A DNA stretch of 32,000 bases, taken from the NCBI RefSeq assembly GCF_002135315.1, contig NZ_NEGA01000024.1, positions 25,736-57,735 of the forward strand. The letters are read 5' to 3'. Of this stretch, positions 1 through 9,526 are shown piece after piece. Made by a program: the position numbers and the translations under genes. The stretch's first letter is position 1. The number at the start of each line of letters is the position of its first letter. The notes below the pieces were generated by a model. It had not been told where the DNA came from. It made no database searches and saw only the letters and a list, made by a program, of their open reading frames with translations. This DNA is from Acinetobacter sp. ANC 3903 (GTDB lineage Bacteria > Pseudomonadota > Gammaproteobacteria > Pseudomonadales > Moraxellaceae).

Positions 1-811
1 AAATGGATATACCAGTGATGGGGGTTGATGGAGTTGTGATTGCTGCTACTGGATTAAGGGCATCAATTTTATAGATTTTTTTCAGACTGCCATGAATAGA
101 TTCCAGCTGAGCATCAATAGCTGCAAAACTTGGAGCATCTAGGCCCATTAAACCATCAAGCACATCTTTTAAAATATTCCACTGCTTTAAAATTTCTAAA
201 AAGACTTGGTAATTTTGATATTGAAAAGATTTTGAACTATTCAATAATGCCTGTTCAAACTGCTCTAAGGAGGTGTGAAGATATATTTCACTGTTTTCTT
301 CGCCATGCTTACGGCGTAAATTTTGATGATGCAATATACCGTCATAGTCCATTAAACAATAAAAAGGCGAAGTATCTTCTACAAGTGAGATATTCTTAAT
401 CAACACGGGCAGCTGATTAACCAGTCCTTGCAATAAGCCCAGACGTTGTTCCAAATCGCCATCTTCAATTTCAGGATATAACCACACCCAGAAATGACTT
501 AAGCTAAGTTGGGTTAATTCCAAACCTTTGGCTACACCATCAAAACCATACAGCTTGGACCATGCTTCAACCAGCCAGCTATATAATCGAATATCTTTGG
601 TTTTTTCAGTTAATAATTCAGTAGATTGGGTATGTACAAAACCCCAATCGGCCTGTTTGGGTTGAGCAATCCAGTCACCTTGATCTAATCGTGGATCATC
701 CTGAATTTTTGCTTTTTTAATTGCATGAAATTCATTGGAGAGAGAACAGTCCATTCCACAAGGGGCTTCATCTGAAATTGCCTTTAATAATAATTCGAGT
801 TCTAAACTCAT
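1..811 (-). CDS. tssA: T6SS baseplate/assembly protein TssA (ImpA N-terminal domain); N-terminal 270 codons only, gene runs off the left edge
   Basis: Absent from the ORF track because no stop lies in the window. Manual reverse-complement translation from the ATG at 811 stays open to position 2: MSLELELLLKAISDEAPCGMDCSLSNEFHAIKKAKIQDDPRLDQGDWIAQPKQADWGFVHTQSTELLTEKTKDIRLYSWLVEAWSKLYGFDGVAKGLE... This is the ImpA_N/TssA-type N-terminus (PCG.D ... RLYSWL..AW). It lies 38 bp downstream of clpV on the same strand. Confidence 0.8.
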   Translation of the reverse strand, partial: MSLELELLLKAISDEAPCGMDCSLSNEFHAIKKAKIQDDPRLDQGDWIAQPKQADWGFVHTQSTELLTEKTKDIRLYSWLVEAWSKLYGFDGVAKGLELTQLSLSHFWVWLYPEIEDGDLEQRLGLLQGLVNQLPVLIKNISLVEDTSPFYCLMDYDGILHHQNLRRKHGEENSEIYLHTSLEQFEQALLNSSKSFQYQNYQVFLEILKQWNILKDVLDGLMGLDAPSFAAIDAQLESIHGSLKKIYKIDALNPVAAITTPSTPITGISI

Positions 812-849
812 GTTCTGCCTTTCTGATTTTTTTTAAAAGTTTTTATAAA

Positions 850-3516
850 TTATGTTTCAGTGACTCTGGTTTTTTGAGTACGTTTTTTTGTTGTTTTTGC
901 TACAGGATCGAGCTGATAAACAATGTCATTATCCTGAACTTTAATATAAATCTGCTTCGGTAAGTTTTGCTCTGCTAGGCAAACTAAAATGTGTGTGGCT
1001 AAAGCGGGTAATACTGACGCATTGAGGATGTTATCGACATTGCGAGCGCCACTATCCACTTCGGTACAACGGCTGAGCAGTAATTCAATCAGATCTTGGC
1101 TATAAGTAACGTGAATAGCGTATTGTTGTTCTAAGCGTGCAGTAATTTTACTCAATTTATGCTTGATAATGCGGATCAGTAAATCATCATGCAAAGGGAA
1201 GTAGGGCACGATTCGCATACGACCTAAAAATGCCGGTTTAAATTTTTTGTACAAACTAGGCTTGAGGAGATCAATTAATTTCTCTGCTGTTGGCCATTGC
1301 TTAACTGCTGAATTTAAGCAGGCTTGCATAATGCTACTTGAACCAACATTAGAGGTTAACAGGATGGTGGTATTTTTAAAATCAATTAGACGACCTTCAC
1401 CATCTTCAAGCATGCCTTTATCAAAAACTTGATAAAATAATTCCTGAACATCACTATGGGCTTTTTCAATTTCATCCAATAAGACCACACTGTACGGGTT
1501 ACGACGTACCGCTTCAGTTAAGATGCCACCTTGGCCATAACCGACATAGCCCGGAGGTGCTCCTTTAAGCGATGAAATGGTGTGGGATTCCTGATATTCA
1601 GACATGTTGATGGTAATCAGATGAGATTCACCACCGTATAATTCATGAGCCAGTGCTAAAGCAGTTTCTGTTTTACCTACACCACTTGGACCCACCAATA
1701 AGAATACCCCTTGTGGCTTATTGGGATCTTCAAGTTTGGCTTTAGCGGTTTTTATACCTTGAACCAGTTGATGTAAGGCATCATCTTGTCCCATAACTCG
1801 TGCTGAAAGTTTATCTTTTAAAGTCAGAATTTGTCTAATCTCATTATTGGCCATTTTTCCCACAGGAATTCCGGTCCAGTCAGAAATAATTTCATGAATA
1901 ATCTGCGTATTCACGCGTTCAAAAACCAGCGGAGTCGTACCTTGAAGCTGAGCCAGTGCATGACGCAATTGAGCAATATTTGGATTTGAATGACTTGAAG
2001 TATCTTGATGTTCAATTTCTTTAATCTTGTTTACCAGCTGCAGTTCTTTTTGCCATTGAACTTGTGTATCACTGATTTCCTGAGCTAATGCAGAAATTTT
2101 AGCATTCAGCTCAATGATGCGTTCATGGTGAATCGGCATATTCTGCTGTTCTTGTTCTAGAATATCCTGTTCCAGATTCAGGTTATGCCATTGTGCCTGT
2201 AACTGATCTAGCTTAACCGGTTGTGCATTTTGAGTTAAGGCAACACGGGCTGCTGCGGTATCCAGCACACTGATGGCTTTGTCTGGAAGCTGACGCCCAT
2301 TGATATATCGATGAGAACTATGCACTGCTGCAATAATTGCTTCATCATCAATTTGTACGTTGAAATGTTGGGTCATGACAGGAATCATGGCACGTAACAT
2401 ATCAATAGCGACAGCTTCAGTCGGTTCTTCCACCTTAACTACCTGAAAGCGACGACTGAGTGCTGCATCTTTTTCAAAAAACTGTTTATATTCAGCCCAA
2501 GTCGTTGCTGCAATGGTGCGTAATTCGCCACGCGCAAGCGCGGGTTTAAGCAGATTGGCCGCATCGTTTTGTCCAGTTTGACCACCCGCACCAATCAGGC
2601 TATGGGCTTCATCAATAAATAAAATAATGGGATGGTTAGAACTCTGAACTTCCTGAATGACCTGCTTTAGACGATTTTCAAATTCACCTTTAACACTGGC
2701 ACCTGCCTGTAAAAGCCCCATATCAAGGATATGTAAATGAACATTTTTTAAAGCATCTGGAACTTGGTTATTCGCAATTTTCACAGCCAAGCCTTCCACT
2801 ACTGCTGTTTTACCAACTCCAGGATCACCCGTTAAGATTGGATTGTTTTGGCGACGGCGCATTAAAATATCCAGCATCAATCGAATTTCAAACTCACGGC
2901 CAATCACTGGATCAATTTCACCTTTTTTGGCTTTTTCAGTTAAGTCAATGGTGTACTGATCTAAAGCAGGTGTTTTTAATATCTGTTTGGATAACTGCGT
3001 GGTTTTTATGGTCTCGGAATGAGTTGCATTCAGTTCCGATGCTTGTTCGATACTTTGTATACATACATCTAAAAAAGTATGTTTCATGTGATCTACTGGA
3101 AATAACTCAAATAAGCAAGAGGCACGGATAGCGATTTGATTAAGATCTGATGCTGTTAATAATGCCACCAGAAGATGACCAGTTCGAATCAAAGGTTTTT
3201 GTTCTGCCAAGGCTAATAACCAGGCTTGTTCCAATAAATGCTCGATTGATTTTGCGAAAATAGGAGTACGCGTATTGCCCTTAGGCAATTGTGCAATACT
3301 TTTCTTTAAATCATCCATCAATCCATGGCGTGATATTTTGTAGTTTTCCAATAGCAGTTGGATATCATGATTTGCATAATTATGTAGAATTTCTAAAAAA
3401 AAGTGTTCAATTTCTATTTCATAATTCTGTTGAGCTATGCAGCTATTTGCCGATTTTTCCAGTGCTATACGGGCACAAGAAGATAATTTTGTAATCAAAA
3501 TTTTTAAATTATTCAT
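850..3516 (-). CDS. tssH: T6SS AAA+ ATPase ClpV/TssH (sheath disassembly)
   Basis: 888-aa ORF with two AAA+ modules. Walker A motifs are GDPGVGKTAVVEG and GPSGVGKTETALA; Walker B motifs are ILFIDEAH and VVLLDEIEKAH. ClpB-like middle coiled-coil region. Sits inside a T6SS cluster. Confidence 0.95.
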   Translation of the reverse strand: MNNLKILITKLSSCARIALEKSANSCIAQQNYEIEIEHFFLEILHNYANHDIQLLLENYKISRHGLMDDLKKSIAQLPKGNTRTPIFAKSIEHLLEQAWLLALAEQKPLIRTGHLLVALLTASDLNQIAIRASCLFELFPVDHMKHTFLDVCIQSIEQASELNATHSETIKTTQLSKQILKTPALDQYTIDLTEKAKKGEIDPVIGREFEIRLMLDILMRRRQNNPILTGDPGVGKTAVVEGLAVKIANNQVPDALKNVHLHILDMGLLQAGASVKGEFENRLKQVIQEVQSSNHPIILFIDEAHSLIGAGGQTGQNDAANLLKPALARGELRTIAATTWAEYKQFFEKDAALSRRFQVVKVEEPTEAVAIDMLRAMIPVMTQHFNVQIDDEAIIAAVHSSHRYINGRQLPDKAISVLDTAAARVALTQNAQPVKLDQLQAQWHNLNLEQDILEQEQQNMPIHHERIIELNAKISALAQEISDTQVQWQKELQLVNKIKEIEHQDTSSHSNPNIAQLRHALAQLQGTTPLVFERVNTQIIHEIISDWTGIPVGKMANNEIRQILTLKDKLSARVMGQDDALHQLVQGIKTAKAKLEDPNKPQGVFLLVGPSGVGKTETALALAHELYGGESHLITINMSEYQESHTISSLKGAPPGYVGYGQGGILTEAVRRNPYSVVLLDEIEKAHSDVQELFYQVFDKGMLEDGEGRLIDFKNTTILLTSNVGSSSIMQACLNSAVKQWPTAEKLIDLLKPSLYKKFKPAFLGRMRIVPYFPLHDDLLIRIIKHKLSKITARLEQQYAIHVTYSQDLIELLLSRCTEVDSGARNVDNILNASVLPALATHILVCLAEQNLPKQIYIKVQDNDIVYQLDPVAKTTKKRTQKTRVTET

Positions 3517-3741
3517 ATCACACTCAACATCTGTAAAGAACTTCAGTTTTTGTTATGTTTATATACTGAAATATCCTGATTTTATTATTTTTAAATTTTA
3601 TTTATTTAAAATAATGTTTTATTAATTTTTTATAAAAAATATGTGCACATGATACACATAATTTTTATAAAATTAAAAAAAATATCTGGTGTTTTTTACA
3701 TAAAAAAACAATAAAAAGTGTTATTTCACATTCCATCCCTG

Positions 3742-3771
3742 TTGACTTAGGGTGGTTATTTTTTGTTAAAT
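3742..3771 (+). promoter_or_regulatory. Candidate sigma70 promoter for the plus-strand T6SS operon (TTGACT - 18 nt - TTAAAT)
   Basis: TTGACT at 3742-3747 and TTAAAT at 3766-3771, in the 366-bp AT-rich divergent intergenic region between clpV and the first plus-strand T6SS gene. Pattern match only. Confidence 0.25.
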
Positions 3772-3882
3772 CTGTGCATGGATAAAAAGTCAAAATAATA
3801 AATTAAAGACGATAAAATCATTTAATGTGCTTAAACATATACTAATAATTAAATTTATAACTAGAAAAATTAGAGGCATCTT

Positions 3883-4587
3883 TTGAATAAATATAAGTTT
3901 TTTTTACCTTTGCTGGTCATGCTATCGATCAGTCCATTCACATTTGCGAGCGAAAATAATATTGAACTCAAAAAAGCTTGCATTAAGGATTATCCTTTAG
4001 TAGGCGATGAAACCGATCCAGAATTATTAAATATTTATCGTCAGATATGTGATAGAAAAAATAAAAAAAATATTGAATTGAAAAATCAATTATCCATTCA
4101 AGCTGCTCAAAGATTTCAGGCCTTGGGTAAAAATCTAAAAGTTTTACAATTAGTAGATGACTTGCGTAAACAGAATATTCAGCGTAGAGAATTGACTGAT
4201 GTGGCTTTTCTGGCTGGGTTAGGAATTGCCGAGAATAATTTACAGCATATGCGTAATCATGAAATGCGTTATCTGAATGAAGAAAGTACTTATCCTGCAG
4301 CAAAAGAATTGTCCGATCATATTCATAATGCACTACCAGAACCTGATACATCTAATGCTAAAGCTGTCACTGCAAACCGCATCAGATTAAAATCACGCGT
4401 GAAAACCACATTGAATACAAATCGTACAGCAGATAAAGCCACATCATTAAGCCGTCCCAAAAATTTCAATTTACAGAGCAAAATAATTAAAACCTCTGCA
4501 CGGAATACTATTGCTGCAACAAAACCGCAAAGTAACAATTCTATAACTTCGGGTACAAGCCCATTTGCTTCATTTAATAAGAACTAA
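3883..4587 (+). CDS. Secreted/periplasmic T6SS-associated protein in the position of Acinetobacter AsaA/TslA (assignment by synteny)
   Basis: 234-aa ORF with a TTG start preceded by AGAGG (3872-3876). Signal peptide MNKYKFFLPLLVMLSISPFTFA|SE. S/T/N/K-rich low-complexity C-terminus. Lies immediately upstream of tssB. Confidence 0.7.
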   Translation: MNKYKFFLPLLVMLSISPFTFASENNIELKKACIKDYPLVGDETDPELLNIYRQICDRKNKKNIELKNQLSIQAAQRFQALGKNLKVLQLVDDLRKQNIQRRELTDVAFLAGLGIAENNLQHMRNHEMRYLNEESTYPAAKELSDHIHNALPEPDTSNAKAVTANRIRLKSRVKTTLNTNRTADKATSLSRPKNFNLQSKIIKTSARNTIAATKPQSNNSITSGTSPFASFNKN

Positions 4588-4602
4588 AATAGGATAGTCT
4601 TC

Positions 4603-5106
4603 ATGGCTAAACGTGAAAGTGTACAAAAAAAATTACAACGCATTCGTCCACCCCGTGTACAACTGACTTATGATGTAGAAGTTGGCGATGGCAAAGAAAT
4701 AAAAGAGTTGCCTTTTGTGGTTGGTGTGTTGGGTGACTTTTCAGCTGCTTCAGAATTAAAAAAGACCAAATTAAAAGATAAAAAATTTATCAATGTTGAT
4801 TTGGATAACATTGATGAGGTGATGCAATCGCTGGCACCACGTGCTGCTTTTCAGGTTGAAAATACCTTGACCGAAGAAGGTGGTCGCATGTCCGTGGATT
4901 TAACTTTTAATGCAATGCAAGATTTCCGTCCCGAAAATGTCGTACAGCAGGTAGATCCTTTACGGAAGCTGGTTGAAGCACGAGAGCGTTTAACCGATTT
5001 GCGTAACAAGATTTCAAATAATGAACGTCTTGAAGACTTGCTGGATGAAATTTTAAAAAATACAGATCAAGTTCGGAAGCTAAGCGTGGAGGCAGAACAT
5101 GAGTAA
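4603..5106 (+). CDS. tssB: T6SS contractile sheath small subunit TssB/VipA
   Basis: 167 aa. The N-terminal KKLQRIRPPRVQLTYDVEVGDG..ELPFVVGVLGDFS is the conserved TssB signature. Overlaps the tssC start by 8 nt. Confidence 0.95.
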   Translation: MAKRESVQKKLQRIRPPRVQLTYDVEVGDGKEIKELPFVVGVLGDFSAASELKKTKLKDKKFINVDLDNIDEVMQSLAPRAAFQVENTLTEEGGRMSVDLTFNAMQDFRPENVVQQVDPLRKLVEARERLTDLRNKISNNERLEDLLDEILKNTDQVRKLSVEAEHE

Positions 5107-6580
5107 TTTACAAGCTGCCACTGCCACACATACTGATGTTAAAGAATTTACTTTGCTGGATTCAATTGTTGAGCAAAGTCGTATCGCACGTAATGAGGAA
5201 GAACATGATCGTGCAAAAAGCCTGATTGGAGAATTGGCCAAAGAAGTCATGGCTGGAACCATAACCGTTTCCGAAAATATGACCTTGTCGATTGATAAAC
5301 GAATTGCAGAAATTGATGCACTAATTTCCAAGCAGTTAAGCAAAATAATTCATCATGAACAATTTCAAAAAATTGAATCAACCTGGAGAGGCTTATATTA
5401 TTTTTGTCAAGAAACACCGTCCCATTCTTTAATTAAAATTCGCATGCTCAATACCAGCAAAAAAGAACTGATTAAAGATTTTCAGGGGGCGACAGATTTT
5501 GATCAGAGTACGCTATTTAAAAAAATATACGAAGAAGAATATGGCTCATTTGGTGGTGCACCTTATGCCACATTGGTCGGTGATTTTGAATTTGACCGTA
5601 CGCCATCCGATATGTATTTGCTGGAGCAGATTTCCCATGTTGCTGCAGCAGCGCATGCACCTTTTATTTCTGCAGCCAGTTCTAGCATGCTGGGCCTAGA
5701 GTCATTTACTGATATTGATCGCCCACGTGATGTTTCTAAAATTTTTGAAACTGCTGAATATATTCAGTGGCGTTCATTTCGCGAAAGCGATGATGCCCGT
5801 TATGTGGCATTGACCATGCCGCGCGTATTAGGGCGTCTGCCATATCATCCTAAAGATGGCACTGTTACTGAAGGGTTTAACTTTATAGAAGAAGTTACTG
5901 GTCAAAACCATGCTGAATATTTATGGATGAATGCAGCATATGCCTTTGCGACACGTTTAACCAATGCTTTTGATATGCATGGGTGGTGCGCAGCCATTCG
6001 TGGCGTTGAAGGTGGTGGCCTAGTTGAAGGTTTACCAGTACATACCTTCAAGACCAACGATGGTGAAGTGGTATTCAAGTGCCCAACTGAAATTGCCATT
6101 ACTGACCGTCGTGAAAAAGAACTCAGTGATTTAGGATTTATCCCTTTAGTACATTGTAAAAATACCGATTATGCCGTTTTCTTTGGTGCCCAATCGGCTC
6201 AAAAACCTAAAAAATATGACAGTGATAGCGCAAATGCCAATTCAGTATTATCCAGTCAAATTCAATATATTATGGCCGTTTCACGTATAGCTCATTATTT
6301 AAAAGCCATGATGCGCGACAAAGTGGGAAGTTTTGCATCTGCGGGCAATGTGGAAGCATTCTTAAATGAATGGCTATCAAAATACGTTTTGTTAGATGAT
6401 GGCGCATCACAAGAAGCTAAAGCACAATATCCGCTTCGTGAAGCATCAGTAAAAGTTGTAGAAAACCTGGCTCAACCTGGGCACTACAAGTCAGTGGTCT
6501 TTTTGCGACCACATTTTCAATTGGATGAGTTGTCGGTTTCATTGCGACTTGTTACTGAGTTACCTCAGTCTTCTAACTAA
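5099..6580 (+). CDS. tssC: T6SS contractile sheath large subunit TssC/VipB
   Basis: 493 aa, typical TssC length and conserved blocks (FDQSTLFKKIYEEEYGSFGGAPY, PRVLGRLPY, FLRPHFQL). Directly follows tssB. Confidence 0.95.
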   Translation: MSNLQAATATHTDVKEFTLLDSIVEQSRIARNEEEHDRAKSLIGELAKEVMAGTITVSENMTLSIDKRIAEIDALISKQLSKIIHHEQFQKIESTWRGLYYFCQETPSHSLIKIRMLNTSKKELIKDFQGATDFDQSTLFKKIYEEEYGSFGGAPYATLVGDFEFDRTPSDMYLLEQISHVAAAAHAPFISAASSSMLGLESFTDIDRPRDVSKIFETAEYIQWRSFRESDDARYVALTMPRVLGRLPYHPKDGTVTEGFNFIEEVTGQNHAEYLWMNAAYAFATRLTNAFDMHGWCAAIRGVEGGGLVEGLPVHTFKTNDGEVVFKCPTEIAITDRREKELSDLGFIPLVHCKNTDYAVFFGAQSAQKPKKYDSDSANANSVLSSQIQYIMAVSRIAHYLKAMMRDKVGSFASAGNVEAFLNEWLSKYVLLDDGASQEAKAQYPLREASVKVVENLAQPGHYKSVVFLRPHFQLDELSVSLRLVTELPQSSN

Positions 6581-6644
6581 ATCGCATGTTTAATTAGAAT
6601 GCAATTTTATAATAATTTAAAAATAAACCAGGAAAATATAAAAA

Positions 6645-7148
6645 ATGAAAGATATATACGTACAATTTCGAGGCAAATATAAAGTTGATGGCGAATCTCG
6701 TGATTCCGAGCACAAAGACTGGTTAGAAGTCAATTCTTGGGCACACAATATTCGCCAACCCAAATCTGCGACATCTTCAAGTGTAGGTGGCCATACTGCC
6801 GAGCGTGTTGAGCACTCAGATATGCTTTTTGTGAAAGATTTGGATGCAACAAGTCCAAAACTTTGGGAAGCATGTTCTGCTGGTTATACCTTTGACGAAG
6901 TTCAAATCGATTTTTACCGTGCCAATGGTGATAAGCGTATTAAATATCTTCAAATTAAATTAAAGCATGTGCTTGTTTCGAGCGTTACGCCAAATGTGAA
7001 TGAAGAAGGTGTACCCACTGAATCATTAGGTCTGAAATATGCTGCCGTAGAATGGACCTATAACCAGCAAGATATTAATGGCACACAAAAAGGTGCTGTC
7101 ACCAAGAAATGGTCACTTTCTAATAATACAGCTTCTTACGCTGCATAA
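6645..7148 (+). CDS. hcp: T6SS inner tube protein Hcp
   Basis: 167 aa. MKDIYVQFRGKYKVDGES..HKDWLEVNSW...ATSPKLWEACSAG is a typical Hcp1-family sequence. AGGA-type RBS upstream. Confidence 0.95.
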   Translation: MKDIYVQFRGKYKVDGESRDSEHKDWLEVNSWAHNIRQPKSATSSSVGGHTAERVEHSDMLFVKDLDATSPKLWEACSAGYTFDEVQIDFYRANGDKRIKYLQIKLKHVLVSSVTPNVNEEGVPTESLGLKYAAVEWTYNQQDINGTQKGAVTKKWSLSNNTASYAA

Positions 7149-7161
7149 TGGACTGACCTAA

Positions 7162-7200
7162 ATAGTGGCCAACTGCCGTTGGTCACTATGAGTGATTTTT
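7162..7200 (+). terminator. Stem-loop plus T-run after hcp (intra-operon terminator/attenuator candidate)
   Basis: ATAGTGGCCAAC (7162-7173), loop TGCC, then GTTGGTCACTAT (7178-7189). This is a 12-bp stem with one G.U pair, followed by GAGTGATTTTT. Confidence 0.4.
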
Positions 7201-7229
7201 AATTTTCATTATTAAATAATAAAAAAAAC

Positions 7230-7706
7230 ATGAACTTAGACCAATTATATCCGTACGGCTTTAAAAAGACTTTATTCGACCGCTTATTCGATGAAACTGA
7301 ACAGCATGATAGAGGGATTTCACTTCAGCAATTACGAGAATCTGTAGCCTCGGATCTAGAGGATTTACTGAATAGTCGTATGGCGCTGTTGGATGGTGTA
7401 ATTGATGATTTTCCTTTAGCAAAACAGTCTGTTTTGCTATTTGGGATTATTGATTTTGTCGGATTATCTACGGCCAATCCCATCGATCGGGATAAAATTT
7501 GTCAATCTATCGAACAATCAATTGCTGCGCATGAACCGAGATTAAAACAGGTTAAGGTCACCATGTTATTTGATGGTCATAATATGGGGGCATTGTCTTT
7601 AAGTATTCAAGCTTACTTAGACATTCAGCCTTTATTTGAGCCGGTTATTTTAGATGTATTACTGAAACCAACCACACAACAATATGTTATTTCCGCCAGA
7701 TCTTAA
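7230..7706 (+). CDS. tssE: T6SS baseplate protein TssE (gp25-like)
   Basis: 158 aa. The LFDRL...SVASDLEDLLNSR motif is typical of gp25/TssE. Position between hcp and tssF. Confidence 0.9.
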   Translation: MNLDQLYPYGFKKTLFDRLFDETEQHDRGISLQQLRESVASDLEDLLNSRMALLDGVIDDFPLAKQSVLLFGIIDFVGLSTANPIDRDKICQSIEQSIAAHEPRLKQVKVTMLFDGHNMGALSLSIQAYLDIQPLFEPVILDVLLKPTTQQYVISARS

Positions 7707-7717
7707 GTGGGTTTGCT

Positions 7718-9526
7718 GTGATTGAAGAACTGTTACCGTATTATGAAAAGCAATTACAAGAATTTGGGCAACAATCGCGTGAATTTGCACAAAAATATCC
7801 AAAAATTGCTCAACGCTTATCCCTCAATCAAGAGCAAGTTGATGATCCGCATATTGAGCGTTTGATTCAGGCTTTTTCCCTAGTAGCTGCGCGTATTGAT
7901 AAAAAATTAGCCGACAGCTATGAGGTGTTTACCCGCTCATTATTTGAAGTGATGTTTCCTCAGTATCTTAAGCCATTTCCTGCATGTTCAGTGGTCAGTT
8001 TTGAAGATACAAACAAGTTAAAACAGCTAACTGAAGTACATGAAATTCCTAAAGCGACTTCGTTAAAGTCACGCAGTTTTAAAGGTGTACAGTGTGAATT
8101 TACCACGACACAGCCTGTTCGATTACTACCAATCGCTTTAAATCATTTGGATTTTAAAACCCATCCTAGTGCACACATGCATTTAAATCAGAATGCGACC
8201 CTCAGTTTAAGTTTTAAAATTTATCAACCTACTCCCAAGCTGTTGAGCAATGAAAATTTACCGATTTACCTTGATGCTATTGCAAATTTTCCTTTGCAGG
8301 TTTTGGATAGTATATTTCATACCAGTACAGGATTTTCATTAAAAATTGGCAACCGTATTATTGAAATTGCTAATCCATTTACAGTCATGGGATTTGCTGA
8401 ATCTGAAAGCTTATTGCCGATTGATCAGCATACGCATCATGCTTATCGTTTACTGATGGAATATTTTTGTTTTGCTGAAAAATTTAATTATCTCAATCTT
8501 GATTTAAGTTTCTTAGAACATTTAGCAGCGAAAGATACCGAATTTGAGATCTTGATTCATTTCAAATTGAATTTAAATGATCAGGCCTGTATTCGAAATT
8601 ATAGCGAGCTGAATGTTGCAAACTTTAAACTGTTTGCAACACCTGTGGTGAACTTGTTTTATAAACAGGCAGAACCTCAGAAAATAAACCATAAACAATT
8701 AGAATATCCATTGCTCACCGATGCACATCATCCTGAATTTTATCAGTTATATTCAATAGTGAAGATGAACATGATTCGGGAAAAAAGTAATCAGGATCAG
8801 ATTGTTGTTCCAATTTTACCCTTTTTTGCCATGAGCCATTATCAACAGCATAGGGAGCAATATTTTTATAGTTTAAATCCTACACCATTACAGAATAATT
8901 CAGTGGGAATCCATTATTCCATTATTTCCAAATTTTTGTCGCCACATAGTACCAAGGCTGATTTCATTAGTGCGCAATTGCTTTGTTGCAATAGAGACTT
9001 GCCGCATGAAGCTTTAAGTCAGGCCAAAAATGTTCTGAATTTGAATGATAGTCATCTTGTACGGCGAGCATTGATTCTCAAGCGACCGACCAAGCCTTAT
9101 TACTTTGAGCAAAATAAAAAAGAACAATGGCGCATAATTTCTCATTTATCTTTAAATACTTTGTCGCTAATGAAAGGGAATGCCATTAGTCATATTAAGG
9201 AACTGTTAGCACTTTATAATTTGCCTAAATTGAAAGAAAACCAACAAATTATCGATGCCATTAAAAAGATAGATTTTTCTTTAACCCAAAAATTAGTTGA
9301 AGCCCAACCTTTTCCCTTATTTGTCCGTGGCATCAAAGTGAATTTGGTAATAGATTCACAAATTTTTAAAGGCCATAGTTTGTATATTTTCACTCAACTT
9401 TTAAGTCATATTTTTAATTTAAAAGTACAAATGAATAGTTATGTTGATCTTGTGATCTACGATTCAAATACCCAACAGGAGTTATACCAATGCGTGCAGA
9501 ACGTTGGTGGCAAGAAGCTTCTGTAA
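7718..9526 (+). CDS. tssF: T6SS baseplate protein TssF
   Basis: 602 aa, GTG start. The N-terminal LLPYYEKQLQEFGQQSREFAQKYPKIAQRL...DPHIERLIQAFSLVAARI is the conserved TssF N-terminus. Confidence 0.92.
   Translation: MIEELLPYYEKQLQEFGQQSREFAQKYPKIAQRLSLNQEQVDDPHIERLIQAFSLVAARIDKKLADSYEVFTRSLFEVMFPQYLKPFPACSVVSFEDTNKLKQLTEVHEIPKATSLKSRSFKGVQCEFTTTQPVRLLPIALNHLDFKTHPSAHMHLNQNATLSLSFKIYQPTPKLLSNENLPIYLDAIANFPLQVLDSIFHTSTGFSLKIGNRIIEIANPFTVMGFAESESLLPIDQHTHHAYRLLMEYFCFAEKFNYLNLDLSFLEHLAAKDTEFEILIHFKLNLNDQACIRNYSELNVANFKLFATPVVNLFYKQAEPQKINHKQLEYPLLTDAHHPEFYQLYSIVKMNMIREKSNQDQIVVPILPFFAMSHYQQHREQYFYSLNPTPLQNNSVGIHYSIISKFLSPHSTKADFISAQLLCCNRDLPHEALSQAKNVLNLNDSHLVRRALILKRPTKPYYFEQNKKEQWRIISHLSLNTLSLMKGNAISHIKELLALYNLPKLKENQQIIDAIKKIDFSLTQKLVEAQPFPLFVRGIKVNLVIDSQIFKGHSLYIFTQLLSHIFNLKVQMNSYVDLVIYDSNTQQELYQCVQNVGGKKLL

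Noticed and set aside
130-963. Track ORFs 130..399 (+) and 721..963 (+)
   Set aside because: They lie antisense to the continuous tssA reading frame (1-811, minus) and the clpV 3' end, with TTG or weak starts and no RBS. They are shadow ORFs.
1247-3625. Plus-strand ORFs 1247..1432, 2838..3131, 3291..3494 and 3437..3625
   Set aside because: All are antisense within, or overlapping the start of, the well-supported clpV gene, and have low-complexity translations.
3983-6099. Minus-strand ORFs 3983..4351, 4323..4538, 5080..5343 and 5902..6099, and plus-strand ORF 5499..5699
   Set aside because: They are embedded in the AsaA-like, tssB and tssC coding regions on the opposite strand or in another frame. 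The conserved T6SS genes explain the sequence.
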